Assembly (NCBI RefSeq): GCF_965213555.1 | Contig: NZ_OZ243890.1 | Span: forward strand, 3,573,918 to 3,605,917 | Reading direction: 5' to 3' | Length of the DNA stretch: 32,000 nt | Source: Acuticoccus sp. | GTDB taxonomy: Bacteria; Pseudomonadota; Alphaproteobacteria; Rhizobiales; Amorphaceae | Part shown: positions 1 through 9,498 of the stretch, piece after piece | Position numbering within the stretch: position 1 is the stretch's first letter | How the letters are laid out: each line of letters opens with the position of its first letter | The notes under the pieces: generated by a model | Told to the model about the DNA's origin: nothing | The model's database searches: none | The model's input: only the letters and a program-made list of their open reading frames with translations | Position numbers and translations under genes: made by a program

Positions 1-609
1 CACCGTGCCCGGCACGCCGAGGCGTCGGAACGCGGCGTGTGCGTCAGCGAGGGCGACGGAAGATGCGAAGTCCGAAGGAGCGCCCGCCGCGGCCGCGCCG
101 ACGGGGTCGAGGCCCGCGGCGAGCTGGGCGGGGGGAGTGCCGCGGCGCTCGACGAGAGCAGCGAGGAGCGCGAGTGCGGCACGGCCCCGCGCGCCGGCTT
201 CCAGGCGCAGCGGCACGAGCTCGAGCTTGATGTCGTCGAGGGCGGCGTCGAGCGCGTCCACGGTCGCCGCCGTGAGGCCCCGTCCGTGCGCGGAGGGGGC
301 GCCCGCGAACACGAGGGTGAGCGCGGTGGCACCGTTTTCGAGGTCGGCTCGCGCCTGCGCGGCGCTGTCCGGCCCGTCGACCCGCTGAACGACCTGCCAA
401 GGCCGGTGGTACGGGCGGCCGAGCGCGGCAGGCTCGGTCGGTGCGTAGAGCGGACGCAGGGGAAAGCCGCTCGCGGTCCCGGTGTCGAGGGACTCGAGGG
501 GTTCGCCGCGCAGCGCCTTCTCGGCAAGGGGGCGCCAAGCCTCCATCAGCGCGTCCTGCCCGTCGGGCCTGACCCACCCAAGCGGTCCGGCTTGCGCCGC
601 ATCGGTCAT
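1..609 (-). CDS. methylmalonyl-CoA mutase small (beta) subunit-like protein, N-terminal part; the gene runs off the left edge
   Basis: It is absent from the ORF track because it has no stop inside the window. My reverse-strand translation from the ATG (complement of 607-609) reads MTDAAQAGPLGWVRPDGQDALMEAWRPLAEKALRGEPLESLDTGTASGFPLRPLYAPTEPAALGRPYHRPWQVVQRVDGPDSAAQARADLENGATALTLVFAG... and stays open to base 1. The layout (LAEKALRG ... PLY ... PWxVxQ ... DLENGA) resembles MCM beta N-termini. The competing track ORFs (5..388+, 37..678+, 44..577-) translate to Arg/Ala/Pro-rich nonsense. Confidence 0.5.
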   Translation of the reverse strand, partial: MTDAAQAGPLGWVRPDGQDALMEAWRPLAEKALRGEPLESLDTGTASGFPLRPLYAPTEPAALGRPYHRPWQVVQRVDGPDSAAQARADLENGATALTLVFAGAPSAHGRGLTAATVDALDAALDDIKLELVPLRLEAGARGRAALALLAALVERRGTPPAQLAAGLDPVGAAAAGAPSDFASSVALADAHAAFRRLGVPGTV

Positions 610-674
610 CGTGGTTGTCCCCCCCTTCGCATTATTGCCTTGCTGCCCAAGATGGCAACCGGAAGGACCGACCC

Positions 675-2051
675 ATGAACCTCGACGCGATCCTTTCGCG
701 CATCGACGACGACCTCGACGAGAGCCTCGAGCGGCTGTTCGCGTTCCTGCGCATTCCGTCGATCTCGACGGACCCGGCCTACGATGCAGCGTGCCGCGAC
801 GCCGCGACCTGGCTGAACGAGGACTTCGCCGCGATGGGGTTCTCCTCCAAGGTGCGCCCGACCACTGGCAAACCGATGGTCCTTGCCAAGAGCAACGGTA
901 GCGCGGACGGCCCTACGATCCTGTTCTACGGCCACTACGACGTCCAACCCGTGGACCCGCTGGACCTTTGGGAGGAGGACCCCTTCGCGCCGCGCCTCGT
1001 CACGCGGGCGGACGGCACGAGGATGATCGTCGCGCGCGGGGCGTGTGACGACAAGGGTCAATTGATGACGTTCGTGGAGGCGGTGCGCGCGATCCTCAAC
1101 GTCGAGGGGCGTTTGCCGGTGCCGCTCACCATCCTCATCGAGGGGGAGGAGGAGTCCGGCTCGCCGAGCCTGCCCGCGTTCCTGGCGAGCGCGGGCGATG
1201 AGCTGCGCGCCGACGCGGCCTTCGTCTGCGACACCGGGATGTGGGACGCCGAGACGCCGGCGATCGCACTTTCCCTGCGCGGGCTCGTGGGCGAGGAGAT
1301 CACCGTGCGTTGTGCCAACCGCGACCTGCATTCGGGACAGTTCGGCGGACCCGCGCGCAACCCCAACCACGTCCTGGCGCAGATCCTTGCCGACCTCCAC
1401 GACGCGGACGGGCGCGTGGCAGTGCCTGGGTTCTATGATGGCGTCGTCGAGGTGCCGCCGGAGACCAAGGCGAACTGGGATGGCCTCGGGCTGTCGGCGG
1501 AGGCGTTCCTCGGCCCCATCGGGCTGTCCGAGCCGGCTGGGGAGAAGGACCGCACCGTCCTCGAAAAGGTCTGGGCGCGCCCGACGCTGGAGGTCAATGG
1601 GATGTGGGGCGGCTACACCGGCCGAGGCTTCAAGACGGTGATCCCGGCCGAGGCGCGCGCCAAGGTCTCCTTCCGCCTGGTCGGCGAACAAGAGCCGGAA
1701 CGGCTGCGCGAGGCGTTTCGCGCGTTCGTCCGCGAGCGTGTGCCTGCGGACTGCTCGGTGGAGTTCGCTGAGCACGGGGGAAGTCCGGCGCTCACCGTCC
1801 CCGTCGACTGGCCGATGCTGCGGCTCGGACAGGAGGCGCTGGCGGACGAGTGGGGACGGCCGACGGCGATGGTCGGGATGGGGGGCTCGATCCCCATCGT
1901 GCACGCCTTCAAGCACAAGCTTGGCATGGACAGCCTGATGATCGGCTTTGCGCTGGAGGACGACAACGTCCATTCGCCCAACGAGAAGTACGACCTGACC
2001 TCGTTCCACAAGGGCATCCGATCCTGGGCGAGGGTGCTCGCCGCGCTGTGA
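675..2051 (+). CDS. M20 family metallo-dipeptidase (ArgE/DapE/CPG2-like)
   Basis: This is track ORF 615..2051, trimmed to the internal ATG at 675 (MNLDAILSRIDDD...). M20 motifs are present: FYGHYDVQPVDPLDLW, ARGACDDKGQ, LIEGEEESGSPSL and the C-terminal DDNVHSPNEKY. The long antisense ORF 606..2009 is rejected. Confidence 0.85.
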   Translation: MNLDAILSRIDDDLDESLERLFAFLRIPSISTDPAYDAACRDAATWLNEDFAAMGFSSKVRPTTGKPMVLAKSNGSADGPTILFYGHYDVQPVDPLDLWEEDPFAPRLVTRADGTRMIVARGACDDKGQLMTFVEAVRAILNVEGRLPVPLTILIEGEEESGSPSLPAFLASAGDELRADAAFVCDTGMWDAETPAIALSLRGLVGEEITVRCANRDLHSGQFGGPARNPNHVLAQILADLHDADGRVAVPGFYDGVVEVPPETKANWDGLGLSAEAFLGPIGLSEPAGEKDRTVLEKVWARPTLEVNGMWGGYTGRGFKTVIPAEARAKVSFRLVGEQEPERLREAFRAFVRERVPADCSVEFAEHGGSPALTVPVDWPMLRLGQEALADEWGRPTAMVGMGGSIPIVHAFKHKLGMDSLMIGFALEDDNVHSPNEKYDLTSFHKGIRSWARVLAAL

Positions 2052-2136
2052 CGCTGCGGCGTCGCGCCAGCGGACAGCGCGGAACGCGGGTCCGTCGCCG
2101 TCGTTCTACGCCCATGCGAACTGTAGCGAGGCGAAC

Positions 2137-2808
2137 ATGAGCTCTACGGACACCGGGGTGCTACGCGATCCGCTCTACGGCGCGATGACCCTGAACTGGA
2201 AGTGGATGCTCGCGCTCGGGCTCCTGATGGCCGTGCTCGGCATCATCGGTCTCGGGATGACGTACGCGCTGACCATCGTCGGCGTCCTATGGTTCGGCGT
2301 GCTCGCCATCGTGGGCGGGATCGCGCAGGTCATCGATGCCTTCAAGTACAAGGGCTGGCGAGGGTTCGCGGCTCACCTTCTGATGGGCCTCCTCTACATC
2401 GGCGCGGGCGTGGTCCTCATCGTCCTGCCCGTCCAGTCGGCTTGGTGGCTGACGCTGCTGATCGGCGCTGTCTTCATCATCACCGGCGTCCTGCGGCTTG
2501 TCACCGCCTTCCAGATGCGCGGTGGCGGTTCGGGCAGCGTGTGGCTTGGGCTCACCGGCGTCATCTCGCTGGTTCTGGGCGCGATGATCTTTGCGGTCGT
2601 CGATCTTCCCGACACCGAGGCGCTGGCGACCCTGGAGGGGGCGGAGGGCTGGTTCCTCGAGTGGGGTTGGGTGATCGGCCTCTTCATCGCCATCGAGTTC
2701 ATCGTGCACGGCGCGTCGCTGGTGGCCCTGTCCTTCACCGCGAGGAACCGCGGCAACGCGGCGACCGCCGAGGAGGCCCGTCGGGGCGAGGCGCCTCAAT
2801 CGGTCTGA
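2137..2808 (+). CDS. HdeD/DUF308-family integral membrane protein
   Basis: The 223-aa ORF has about six hydrophobic helices, with repeated DUF308-like units such as WWLTLLIGAVFIITGVLRLVTAF and LGLTGVISLVLGAMIF. The tail is hydrophilic. Confidence 0.7.
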   Translation: MSSTDTGVLRDPLYGAMTLNWKWMLALGLLMAVLGIIGLGMTYALTIVGVLWFGVLAIVGGIAQVIDAFKYKGWRGFAAHLLMGLLYIGAGVVLIVLPVQSAWWLTLLIGAVFIITGVLRLVTAFQMRGGGSGSVWLGLTGVISLVLGAMIFAVVDLPDTEALATLEGAEGWFLEWGWVIGLFIAIEFIVHGASLVALSFTARNRGNAATAEEARRGEAPQSV

Positions 2809-3016
2809 GGACGCTGCGACTCGGTAGCCCCCACGGTGTGGTTCGCGTTGCTCGGGGCGGTCTCCTCCATACATGGCGGTGCATCGTCCTGTCGTCGGCT
2901 GTGGTACACCGACAAAAGTCAGGTCCGCGCGCGAACCCTGCCGGGATGCCCGACGGGCCTATCCTTTCCAGGTATTGTCGCCTAACAAGCAGCGCGGAAT
3001 TGGGAGCACGCGCTCG

Positions 3017-4792
3017 ATGTGCGGGATTTGTGGTGAGGTCCGGTTCGACGGGGCGCAAGCCTCGGTGCCGGCCGTCGTCACCATGGCCGAGGCGATGGCG
3101 CCACGCGGTCCGGACGGCGCCGGCCTCCTGGCACGGGACGCCTTTGCGTTCGGCCACCGGCGGCTGACGATCATCGACCTTTCGGTGCGCTCATCGCAGC
3201 CGATGACGGACCCGCAGCTCGGTCTCTCCATCGTCTTCAACGGCTGCATCTACAACTACCCAGAGCTGCGCGCCGAGCTGGAGGGGAGGGGCTACGCGTT
3301 CTTCTCCTCGGGCGACACCGAGGTGATCCTCAAGGCGTATCACGCCTGGGGCGCCGACTGCGTGAAGCGCTTCCATGGGATGTTCGCATTCGCGATCCAC
3401 GAGCGCGACAGCGGGCGCGTCGTGCTGGGTCGCGACCGCTTCGGCATCAAGCCGATGTACCTCGCGCACGGTCCGGGACGGCTGCGCTTCGCCTCGTCGC
3501 TTCAGGCGCTGCTCGCGGCCGGGGACCTCGACACCTCGATCGACCCCGTCGCGCTCAACCACTACATGTCGTTCCATGCGGTGGTGCCGCCGCCACGCAC
3601 CATCCTATCGGGAGTGCGCAAGCTCCCGCCGGCGACCGTACGCGTCATCGAGCCGGACGGCCGCTCGTCCGACACGGTGTATTGGGAGGTGAGCTACGCG
3701 CGCGACGCTGCCGACGTCGCGACGTCGGCGCAGGAGTGGCGCGACCGTGTGCTTGGCGCGCTGCGAACGGCGGTGGATCGGCGCATGGTCGCCGACGTGC
3801 CGGTCGGCGTGCTCCTGTCGGGTGGCGTCGACTCATCGGTGATCGTCGCGCTGCTCGCCGAGGCGGGCCAGACCGGGCTGAAAACGTTCTCCATCGGCTT
3901 CGAGGATGCGCACGGTGAGCTCGGCAACGAGTACGAGTACTCCGACCTCATCGCCGAGCGGTTCGGCACCGACCACCACAAGATCTTCATCCCTTCATCG
4001 GAGATGATCGAGGCGCTGCCGGCGACCGTCGCCGCGATGCCGGAACCGATGGTGTCCTACGACAACGTCGGGTTCTTCCTGCTGTCGCGGGAGGTCGCCA
4101 AGCACATCAAGGTCGTCCAGTCGGGTCAGGGCGCCGACGAGGTGTTCGGCGGCTACCACTGGTATCCTCCCATGGCGGCGGCGAACGATCCGCTCGCCAC
4201 GTACTCCGAGGCGTTCTTCGATCGGTCGTGGGAGCGCATGCAGCAGGAGGTCGCGGCACCCTACCTTTGCGATCGGGACGAGGCGACTGAGTTCGTGCGC
4301 GATCGGTTCGCGATGTCCGGGGCGGATGATCCGGTGGACAAGGCGCTGAGGATCGACTCGACGGTGATGTTGGTGGACGACCCGGTGAAGCGGGTCGACG
4401 CGATGACGATGGCGTGGGGGCTCGAGGCGCGGGTGCCGTTCCTCGACCACGAGCTTTGCGAGCTCGCCGCCCGCATCCCGGCGCAGCATAAGCTCAACGA
4501 CGGAGGCAAGGGCGTCCTCAAGGACGTCGCGCGCGGGCTCGTTCCGCACGAGGTCATCGACCGCAAGAAGGGGTACTTCCCCGTGCCGGCGTTGAAGTAC
4601 ATCTCCGGCCCGGTGAAGGAGATGGTCGGGGACGTGCTCGGCGCGCGGGCGGCGAAGGATCGCGGGCTGTTCAATCCAGCCTACCTCGACCGGCTCCTCG
4701 CCGACCCCCCGGCGCACATCACGCCGCTTCGCGGCTCCGAGCTGTGGCAGGTCGCCCTGCTCGAGATGTGGCTGCAAACCCATCGGATCTGA
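3017..4792 (+). CDS. asnO: N-acetylglutaminylglutamine amidotransferase (asparagine synthase-like, glutamine-hydrolysing)
   Basis: This is track ORF 2873..4792, trimmed to the ATG at 3017. That start gives the MCGICG N-terminus with a class-II Ntn amidotransferase Cys2. A PP-loop VGVLLSGGVDSSVIV marks the synthetase domain. It sits immediately upstream of the GNAT/ATP-grasp gene, as in the known asnO-ngg operon. Confidence 0.85.
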   Translation: MCGICGEVRFDGAQASVPAVVTMAEAMAPRGPDGAGLLARDAFAFGHRRLTIIDLSVRSSQPMTDPQLGLSIVFNGCIYNYPELRAELEGRGYAFFSSGDTEVILKAYHAWGADCVKRFHGMFAFAIHERDSGRVVLGRDRFGIKPMYLAHGPGRLRFASSLQALLAAGDLDTSIDPVALNHYMSFHAVVPPPRTILSGVRKLPPATVRVIEPDGRSSDTVYWEVSYARDAADVATSAQEWRDRVLGALRTAVDRRMVADVPVGVLLSGGVDSSVIVALLAEAGQTGLKTFSIGFEDAHGELGNEYEYSDLIAERFGTDHHKIFIPSSEMIEALPATVAAMPEPMVSYDNVGFFLLSREVAKHIKVVQSGQGADEVFGGYHWYPPMAAANDPLATYSEAFFDRSWERMQQEVAAPYLCDRDEATEFVRDRFAMSGADDPVDKALRIDSTVMLVDDPVKRVDAMTMAWGLEARVPFLDHELCELAARIPAQHKLNDGGKGVLKDVARGLVPHEVIDRKKGYFPVPALKYISGPVKEMVGDVLGARAAKDRGLFNPAYLDRLLADPPAHITPLRGSELWQVALLEMWLQTHRI

Positions 4793-4801
4793 GGAGCACC
4801 G

Positions 4802-6550
4802 ATGCCGGAAGTTCTCGACGCAGAGCGACGCAGCGACCTGCCGCGCGCTGCCGAAATGACGAACGTCGGCCTGGAGTGCGGCTGGGGAACGCTGCACTTC
4901 GCGGACACCTACGAAACGGCGCAAGCGCTCGCCGAGGCAATGCGCGGCGAGGGGCCGGGACGCCGCGACATCGCGTTCTACGTCGAGGAGCCGCACGTGA
5001 TGCTGTCGGCGGCGCCGCTCGAGCTGTTCCTCGACCCGAGCCACGCGTTCCGCCTCGTCCTTGCTCGCTACGAGCCTTCGGAGCGCAGGCCCGAGGGCTA
5101 CCTCGTCCGTAGCCTTTCCAACGAGGAGGATGCAGAGGCGGTCAACCGGATCTACGCCATGCGAGGCATGGTGCCGGTGCGGCCGGACTTCTTTTGGAGG
5201 CGTAGGCACAGCCGTGCGTTCACCTACCTCGTCGCCGAAGACTCGATGACGGGGGCGATCATCGGCACGATCACCGGCATCGACCACGCACGCGCGTTCG
5301 GCGATCCGCGTCGTGGCACGTCGCTGTGGTGCCTTGCGGTGGATCCGCAGACGCGCTGCTCGGGGGTCGGCGAGATGCTCGTGCGAAGGCTTGCGGACGG
5401 CTTCAAGGAGCGTGGTGGTTCGACCCTCGACCTCTCCGTGCTGCACGACAACGAGCACGCCATTCAGCTCTACGAGCGGCTCGGGTTCGAGCGGCTCGCG
5501 GTCTACACCTTGAAGCGGAAGAACCCCATCAACGAGCGCCTGTTCGCTGGTCCGGGACCGGAGAGCGAGCTGAACCCCTACGCGCGCATCATCGTGGATG
5601 AGGCGCGGCGGCGTGGGATCGACGTCGACGTCATCGATGCAGCGCACGGCTACTTCCGCCTCACCTACGGCGGGCGGACGATCCGCTGCCGCGAGTCGCT
5701 GTCGGAGATGACGAGCGCGGTGGCGATGTCGATCTGCGACGACAAGTCGGTCACCCGCTCGATCGTCGAGGCCGCGGGCATCTCAGTTCCCGACGAGGTC
5801 GAGGTCCGTGATGCGGCCGGTGCCCGAGCCATGTTGGAGCGGCACGAGAGGATCGTGGTCAAGCCGGCGCGCGGCGAGCAGGGCCGTGGGATCTCGGTGG
5901 GACTGACAGCCGAGGACGACATCGAAGGCGCCTTCGAGCGAGCCCGCGAGGTGTGCGAGCGCGTCCTCGTGGAGGAGTTCGTCGAGGGCGACGACCTCAG
6001 GCTGGTGGTGATCGACCATCGCGTGGTGGCCGCCGCGGTGCGCCGGCCGGCACGCATCTATGGCGACGGCGCGTCGAGCGTGCGTCAGTTGATCGAGACC
6101 CACAGCCGTCGCCGAGCGGCGGCGACGGGGGGTGAGGCGTCGATCCCCATCGACGGCGAGACGGACCGTTGCCTGCGGGCTGCCGGGATCACCCTCGACG
6201 ACGTGATCGAGGAGGGGCGGGAGGTCGAGGTGCGTCGGACGGCGAACCTTCACACCGGCGGTACGATCCACGACGTCACCGACCACGTCCATCCGGCGTT
6301 GGTGGACGCGGCGGTGAGAGTGTCGCGTGCCATCGACATCCCGGTGGTCGGGGTCGACCTGATGGTTCGCTCGCACCGGGCGGGCGTCTACCGCTTCATC
6401 GAGGCGAACGAGCGGGTCGGGCTCGCGAACCACGAGCCGCAGCCGACGGCGCAGCGCTTCGTCGATCTGCTGTTCCCGCAGTCGATCCCGCATGCCCTTC
6501 GTCAGGTCCACCGGCACGGCGCCGACGCGGGGGAACCGTGCCCCGTCTGA
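4802..6550 (+). CDS. ngg: N-acetylglutaminylglutamine synthetase (GNAT acetyltransferase fused to an ATP-grasp ligase)
   Basis: The 582-aa ORF follows a GAGGAG Shine-Dalgarno. It has a GNAT motif (LWCLAVDPQTRCSGVGEMLVRRL) and ATP-grasp motifs (IVVKPARGEQGRGISV, LVEEFVEGDDLRLVVID, NLHTGGT). The start could instead be the internal MTNVGLECGWG. Confidence 0.85.
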   Translation: MPEVLDAERRSDLPRAAEMTNVGLECGWGTLHFADTYETAQALAEAMRGEGPGRRDIAFYVEEPHVMLSAAPLELFLDPSHAFRLVLARYEPSERRPEGYLVRSLSNEEDAEAVNRIYAMRGMVPVRPDFFWRRRHSRAFTYLVAEDSMTGAIIGTITGIDHARAFGDPRRGTSLWCLAVDPQTRCSGVGEMLVRRLADGFKERGGSTLDLSVLHDNEHAIQLYERLGFERLAVYTLKRKNPINERLFAGPGPESELNPYARIIVDEARRRGIDVDVIDAAHGYFRLTYGGRTIRCRESLSEMTSAVAMSICDDKSVTRSIVEAAGISVPDEVEVRDAAGARAMLERHERIVVKPARGEQGRGISVGLTAEDDIEGAFERAREVCERVLVEEFVEGDDLRLVVIDHRVVAAAVRRPARIYGDGASSVRQLIETHSRRRAAATGGEASIPIDGETDRCLRAAGITLDDVIEEGREVEVRRTANLHTGGTIHDVTDHVHPALVDAAVRVSRAIDIPVVGVDLMVRSHRAGVYRFIEANERVGLANHEPQPTAQRFVDLLFPQSIPHALRQVHRHGADAGEPCPV

Positions 6551-7689
6551 CGATCGACACGGTCTACCTGAAGGACACGTTGGCCGAGCTGCTGTCGATC
6601 GCTTCACCGACCGGTTACACGGACACCATCGTACGGGCCGCAGTCGGCGAGCTGCGACGTTTGGGCATCGAGATGGAGATCACCCGGCGAGGGGCGATCC
6701 GGGCGCGGCTCCCCGGTAAGAGCCCGCACGGGGCGCGGGCGATGATCGCGCACCTCGACACGCTGGGGGCGCAGGTGAAGGCACTGAAGGCCAACGGGCG
6801 GCTGGAGCTCGTGCCGATCGGGACCTGGTCCGCGCGGTTCGCGGAGGGCGCGCGCACGACCGTGTTCACCGACAAGGGGGCGTACCGCGGAACGATCCTG
6901 CCTCTGAAGGCGTCGGGGCACACGTTCAACGAGGAAATCGACACGCAGCCGGTGGCGTGGTCGAACCTCGAGCTCAGGGTCGATGCGCTTCTGAAGGACA
7001 ACTACGACCTCGACCGGCTCGGCTTCTCCATCGGCGACATCATCGCGGTGGACCCACAGCCGGAGTTCACCGACAACGACTTCATCGTGTCGCGACATCT
7101 CGACGATAAGGGGGGCGTGGCGGCCCTGTTCGCCACGATGGAGGCGCTGGTCCGCGAGGACGCGGAGCTGCCGGTGGACCTCTTCTTCATCTTTTCGATC
7201 TCCGAGGAGGTGGGGATCGGCGGGGCGTCGGTGCTGACGGACGACATCGCCTCGCTCATCACCGTCGATAACGGGACCACGGCGCCGGGCCAGGCGTCGA
7301 GCGAGTTCGGGGTGACCATCGGGATGGCGGACCAGTCCGGTCCATTCGACTGGCACCTCACCCACAAGCTTGTGCGGCTGTGCGAGGAGAACGACATCCG
7401 TTACCAGAAGGACATCTTCCGCTACTACCGTTCCGACAGTGCCGCTGCGCTCGAGGCGGGCTACGACGTGCGGACCTCGCTGGTCACGTTCGGCGTCGAT
7501 GCATCCCATGGCTACGAGCGCATCCACATGCACGCCCTGCGCTCCATCGCCGAGCTTCTGACGGCCTACGCGGTCAGCCCGGTGGAGATCGGCCGCGACC
7601 GCGACGGCATGGGACCGATTGCCGGCTTCCCGACCCAGCCGATGGAGGACGCCGACGTCTTCCCGCGGCCCGGCAAGGCGCAGTTCTGA
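6538..7689 (+). CDS. NAGGN-system M42 family peptidase
   Basis: This uses the frame of track ORF 6169..7689. The real start is probably the GTG at 6538 (VPRLTIDTVYLKDTLAELLSIASPTGY), which overlaps the ngg stop at 6548-6550. M42/FrvX-type motifs HLDDKGGVAALF and SISEEVGIGGAS are present. Its position after asnO-ngg matches the known three-gene NAGGN arrangement. Confidence 0.8.
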   Translation: MPRLTIDTVYLKDTLAELLSIASPTGYTDTIVRAAVGELRRLGIEMEITRRGAIRARLPGKSPHGARAMIAHLDTLGAQVKALKANGRLELVPIGTWSARFAEGARTTVFTDKGAYRGTILPLKASGHTFNEEIDTQPVAWSNLELRVDALLKDNYDLDRLGFSIGDIIAVDPQPEFTDNDFIVSRHLDDKGGVAALFATMEALVREDAELPVDLFFIFSISEEVGIGGASVLTDDIASLITVDNGTTAPGQASSEFGVTIGMADQSGPFDWHLTHKLVRLCEENDIRYQKDIFRYYRSDSAAALEAGYDVRTSLVTFGVDASHGYERIHMHALRSIAELLTAYAVSPVEIGRDRDGMGPIAGFPTQPMEDADVFPRPGKAQF

Positions 7690-7694
7690 GGACC

Positions 7695-8960
7695 ATGCAG
7701 GTCATCGGGTCCACCGACGAGCTCGCGTCCCTGTGCGGAAGGCTCGTCGACGCCGAGTTCGTCAGCGTCGACACGGAGTTCATGCGCGAGACGACGTTCT
7801 GGCCGAAGCTGTGCCTCGTGCAGATCGCCTCCATGGACGAGGCGGCGGTGATCGACCCGTTGGCCGACGGGCTGTCGCTGGAGCCGTTGATTGCCCTGCT
7901 GGCCGACGAGCGCGTCATGAAGGTGTTCCACGCGGCGCGCCAGGACATCGAGATCTTCCATCATTTGTCGGGATCGGTGCCGCGGCCGATCTTCGATACG
8001 CAGGTGGCTGCGATGGTGTGCGGCTTCGGCGACTCGATCGCCTACGACTCCATCGTGCAGCGGGTCACCGGGTCGTTGGTCGACAAGTCGTCGCGGTTCA
8101 CCGACTGGGCTGCGCGTCCGCTCACCGACGCTCAGCTCGCCTACGCGCTCGCCGACGTCACGCACCTCAGGCACGTGTACCTGCACCTGCGTGACGCGCT
8201 GGAGGAGAGGGGCCGAGCGGACTGGGTGGCGGAGGAGATGGCGCTCCTGACGTCCCCGGAGACCTACGATTTGCAGCCGGAGGACGCCTGGCGCCGGCTT
8301 AAGGGTCGAACACGCCAGCCGGTGGAGCTTGCCGTCCTGCAGGAGATCGCGGCGCTGCGCGAGCGGGAGGCCCGCGAGCGCGATGTGCCGCGCAACCGTG
8401 TTTTGAAGGACGACGTGATCTATGAGATCGCGCTCCAGCGACCGCGGACCGCTGAAGCGCTGGGTCAGTTGAGGGCGGTGAGCAAGGGGTTCGAGCGCTC
8501 GCGGCTCGGCCAATCGGTGCTCGCGGTCGTCAACGAGGTGCTCGCGCGTCCGCCGGAGACGCTGCCGTCCCTGCCGCGCCGCAAGGCGAGCATCGAGGCC
8601 GCCGGATCGGCGGTCGAGCTCATGAAGGTGCTCCTCAAGCTCACCGCGGAGGCCCATGGCGTCGCGCCGAAGGTGCTGGCGACGGTGGACGACCTCGAGG
8701 CAATTGTGGCGGGACAGGACGCTCCAGCGTTGTCGGGGTGGCGACGGGTCGTGTTCGGGGAGGCGGCGCTGAAGCTGCGGGACGGCGAGATCGCCATCGC
8801 GTTCGACGGACGAGGGCTGCGCACCATCGACTGCGAGCGTCCGGTCAACCCGATGCCTGCGCCGTCCGGCGGGCGAAGGCGCAGACGGCGCGGTCGTTCG
8901 GGGGCGACCGACGTCGGCGGATCGGCGGAGGTCAACGGCGATGTTGGGACCGCGGACTAG
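7695..8960 (+). CDS. rnd: ribonuclease D
   Basis: This is track ORF 7380..8960, trimmed to the ATG at 7695 (MQVIGSTDELASLC). DEDD exonuclease motifs are present (FVSVDTEFMRE, HAARQDIEIF, YALADVTHL), followed by HRDC-like regions. The Arg/Gly-rich C-terminal tail (GGRRRRRRGRSG...) is unusual. Confidence 0.85.
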   Translation: MQVIGSTDELASLCGRLVDAEFVSVDTEFMRETTFWPKLCLVQIASMDEAAVIDPLADGLSLEPLIALLADERVMKVFHAARQDIEIFHHLSGSVPRPIFDTQVAAMVCGFGDSIAYDSIVQRVTGSLVDKSSRFTDWAARPLTDAQLAYALADVTHLRHVYLHLRDALEERGRADWVAEEMALLTSPETYDLQPEDAWRRLKGRTRQPVELAVLQEIAALREREARERDVPRNRVLKDDVIYEIALQRPRTAEALGQLRAVSKGFERSRLGQSVLAVVNEVLARPPETLPSLPRRKASIEAAGSAVELMKVLLKLTAEAHGVAPKVLATVDDLEAIVAGQDAPALSGWRRVVFGEAALKLRDGEIAIAFDGRGLRTIDCERPVNPMPAPSGGRRRRRRGRSGATDVGGSAEVNGDVGTAD

Positions 8961-8963
8961 CGG

Positions 8964-9455
8964 TCAGCCTCGGATCGGCGGTTGGAACGAGTAGCCGAGG
9001 TCCCAGGGGAAGTAGATCCAGGTGTCCTGGCTGACCTCGGTGACGAAGGTGTCGACTTGAGGCCGCCCCTTCGGCTTGGCGTAGACGGTTGCAATGTGCA
9101 CGTCCGGAAGCCTTCGGCGCACGAGGAGCGCTGTCTTGCCGGTGTCGACCAGGTCGTCGACGACGAGGACGGTACGGCGGTCGAGGGCCGCGATTTTGTC
9201 GTCCACGTCCTTCAGGACGGTCAGGCTATCGAGCTGCTCGAAGTCTCCGTAGGAGACGATGCAGATCGTTTCGATCATCCGCACGCCGAGCTCGCGGGCG
9301 ACGATGGCCGCTGGGACGAGACCGCCGCGGGTGATGCAGACGACGGCCTCGAACGGGCCCTCCGCGGACAGCCGCCAAGCGAGCGCCCTACAATCGCGGT
9401 GGAACTGGTCCCAGGACACCGGGAAGGCTTTCTCGGGAAGTCGGTCGTCGGCCAT
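8964..9455 (-). CDS. gpt: xanthine-guanine phosphoribosyltransferase
   Basis: The 163-aa ORF has a PRPP-binding loop ([14 protein letters not shown]), [17 protein letters not shown], and the C-terminal WIYFPWD typical of Gpt. Confidence 0.85.
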   Translation of the reverse strand: MADDRLPEKAFPVSWDQFHRDCRALAWRLSAEGPFEAVVCITRGGLVPAAIVARELGVRMIETICIVSYGDFEQLDSLTVLKDVDDKIAALDRRTVLVVDDLVDTGKTALLVRRRLPDVHIATVYAKPKGRPQVDTFVTEVSQDTWIYFPWDLGYSFQPPIRG

Positions 9456-9498
9456 GGGGACCGGTCGCTTCCAAGTCTCGGGTTGTCAAGACGGCCTG

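Noticed and set aside
5-678. Plus- and minus-strand track ORFs at the left edge (5..388+, 37..678+, 39..230+, 44..577-).
   Set aside because: They are Arg/Ala-rich nonsense. The minus frame that is open from 609 to base 1 gives a sensible protein resembling the MCM beta subunit. It is missing from the track only because its stop lies outside the window.
606-2009. A 467-aa ORF on the minus strand, antisense to the M20 dipeptidase. Similar long antisense ORFs lie at 3995..5647 (550 aa), 21635..23860 (741 aa) and 27636..29858 (740 aa).
   Set aside because: The translations are Arg/Pro/Gly/His-rich and low in complexity, with no recognisable motifs. They mirror sense-strand genes that carry clear family signatures, and 27636..29858 even spans several genes and a terminator. 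Stop-free antisense frames are expected at this GC content.
6169-6537. N-terminal extensions implied by the track ORFs: 6169 for the M42 peptidase, 7380 for rnd, 21500 for g15, 2873 for asnO, 16867 for g6 and 14854 for g4.
   Set aside because: The extended parts lie inside the preceding gene or an intergenic terminator and translate to Arg/Gly-rich junk. The conserved family N-termini begin at the internal starts used in the feature table.
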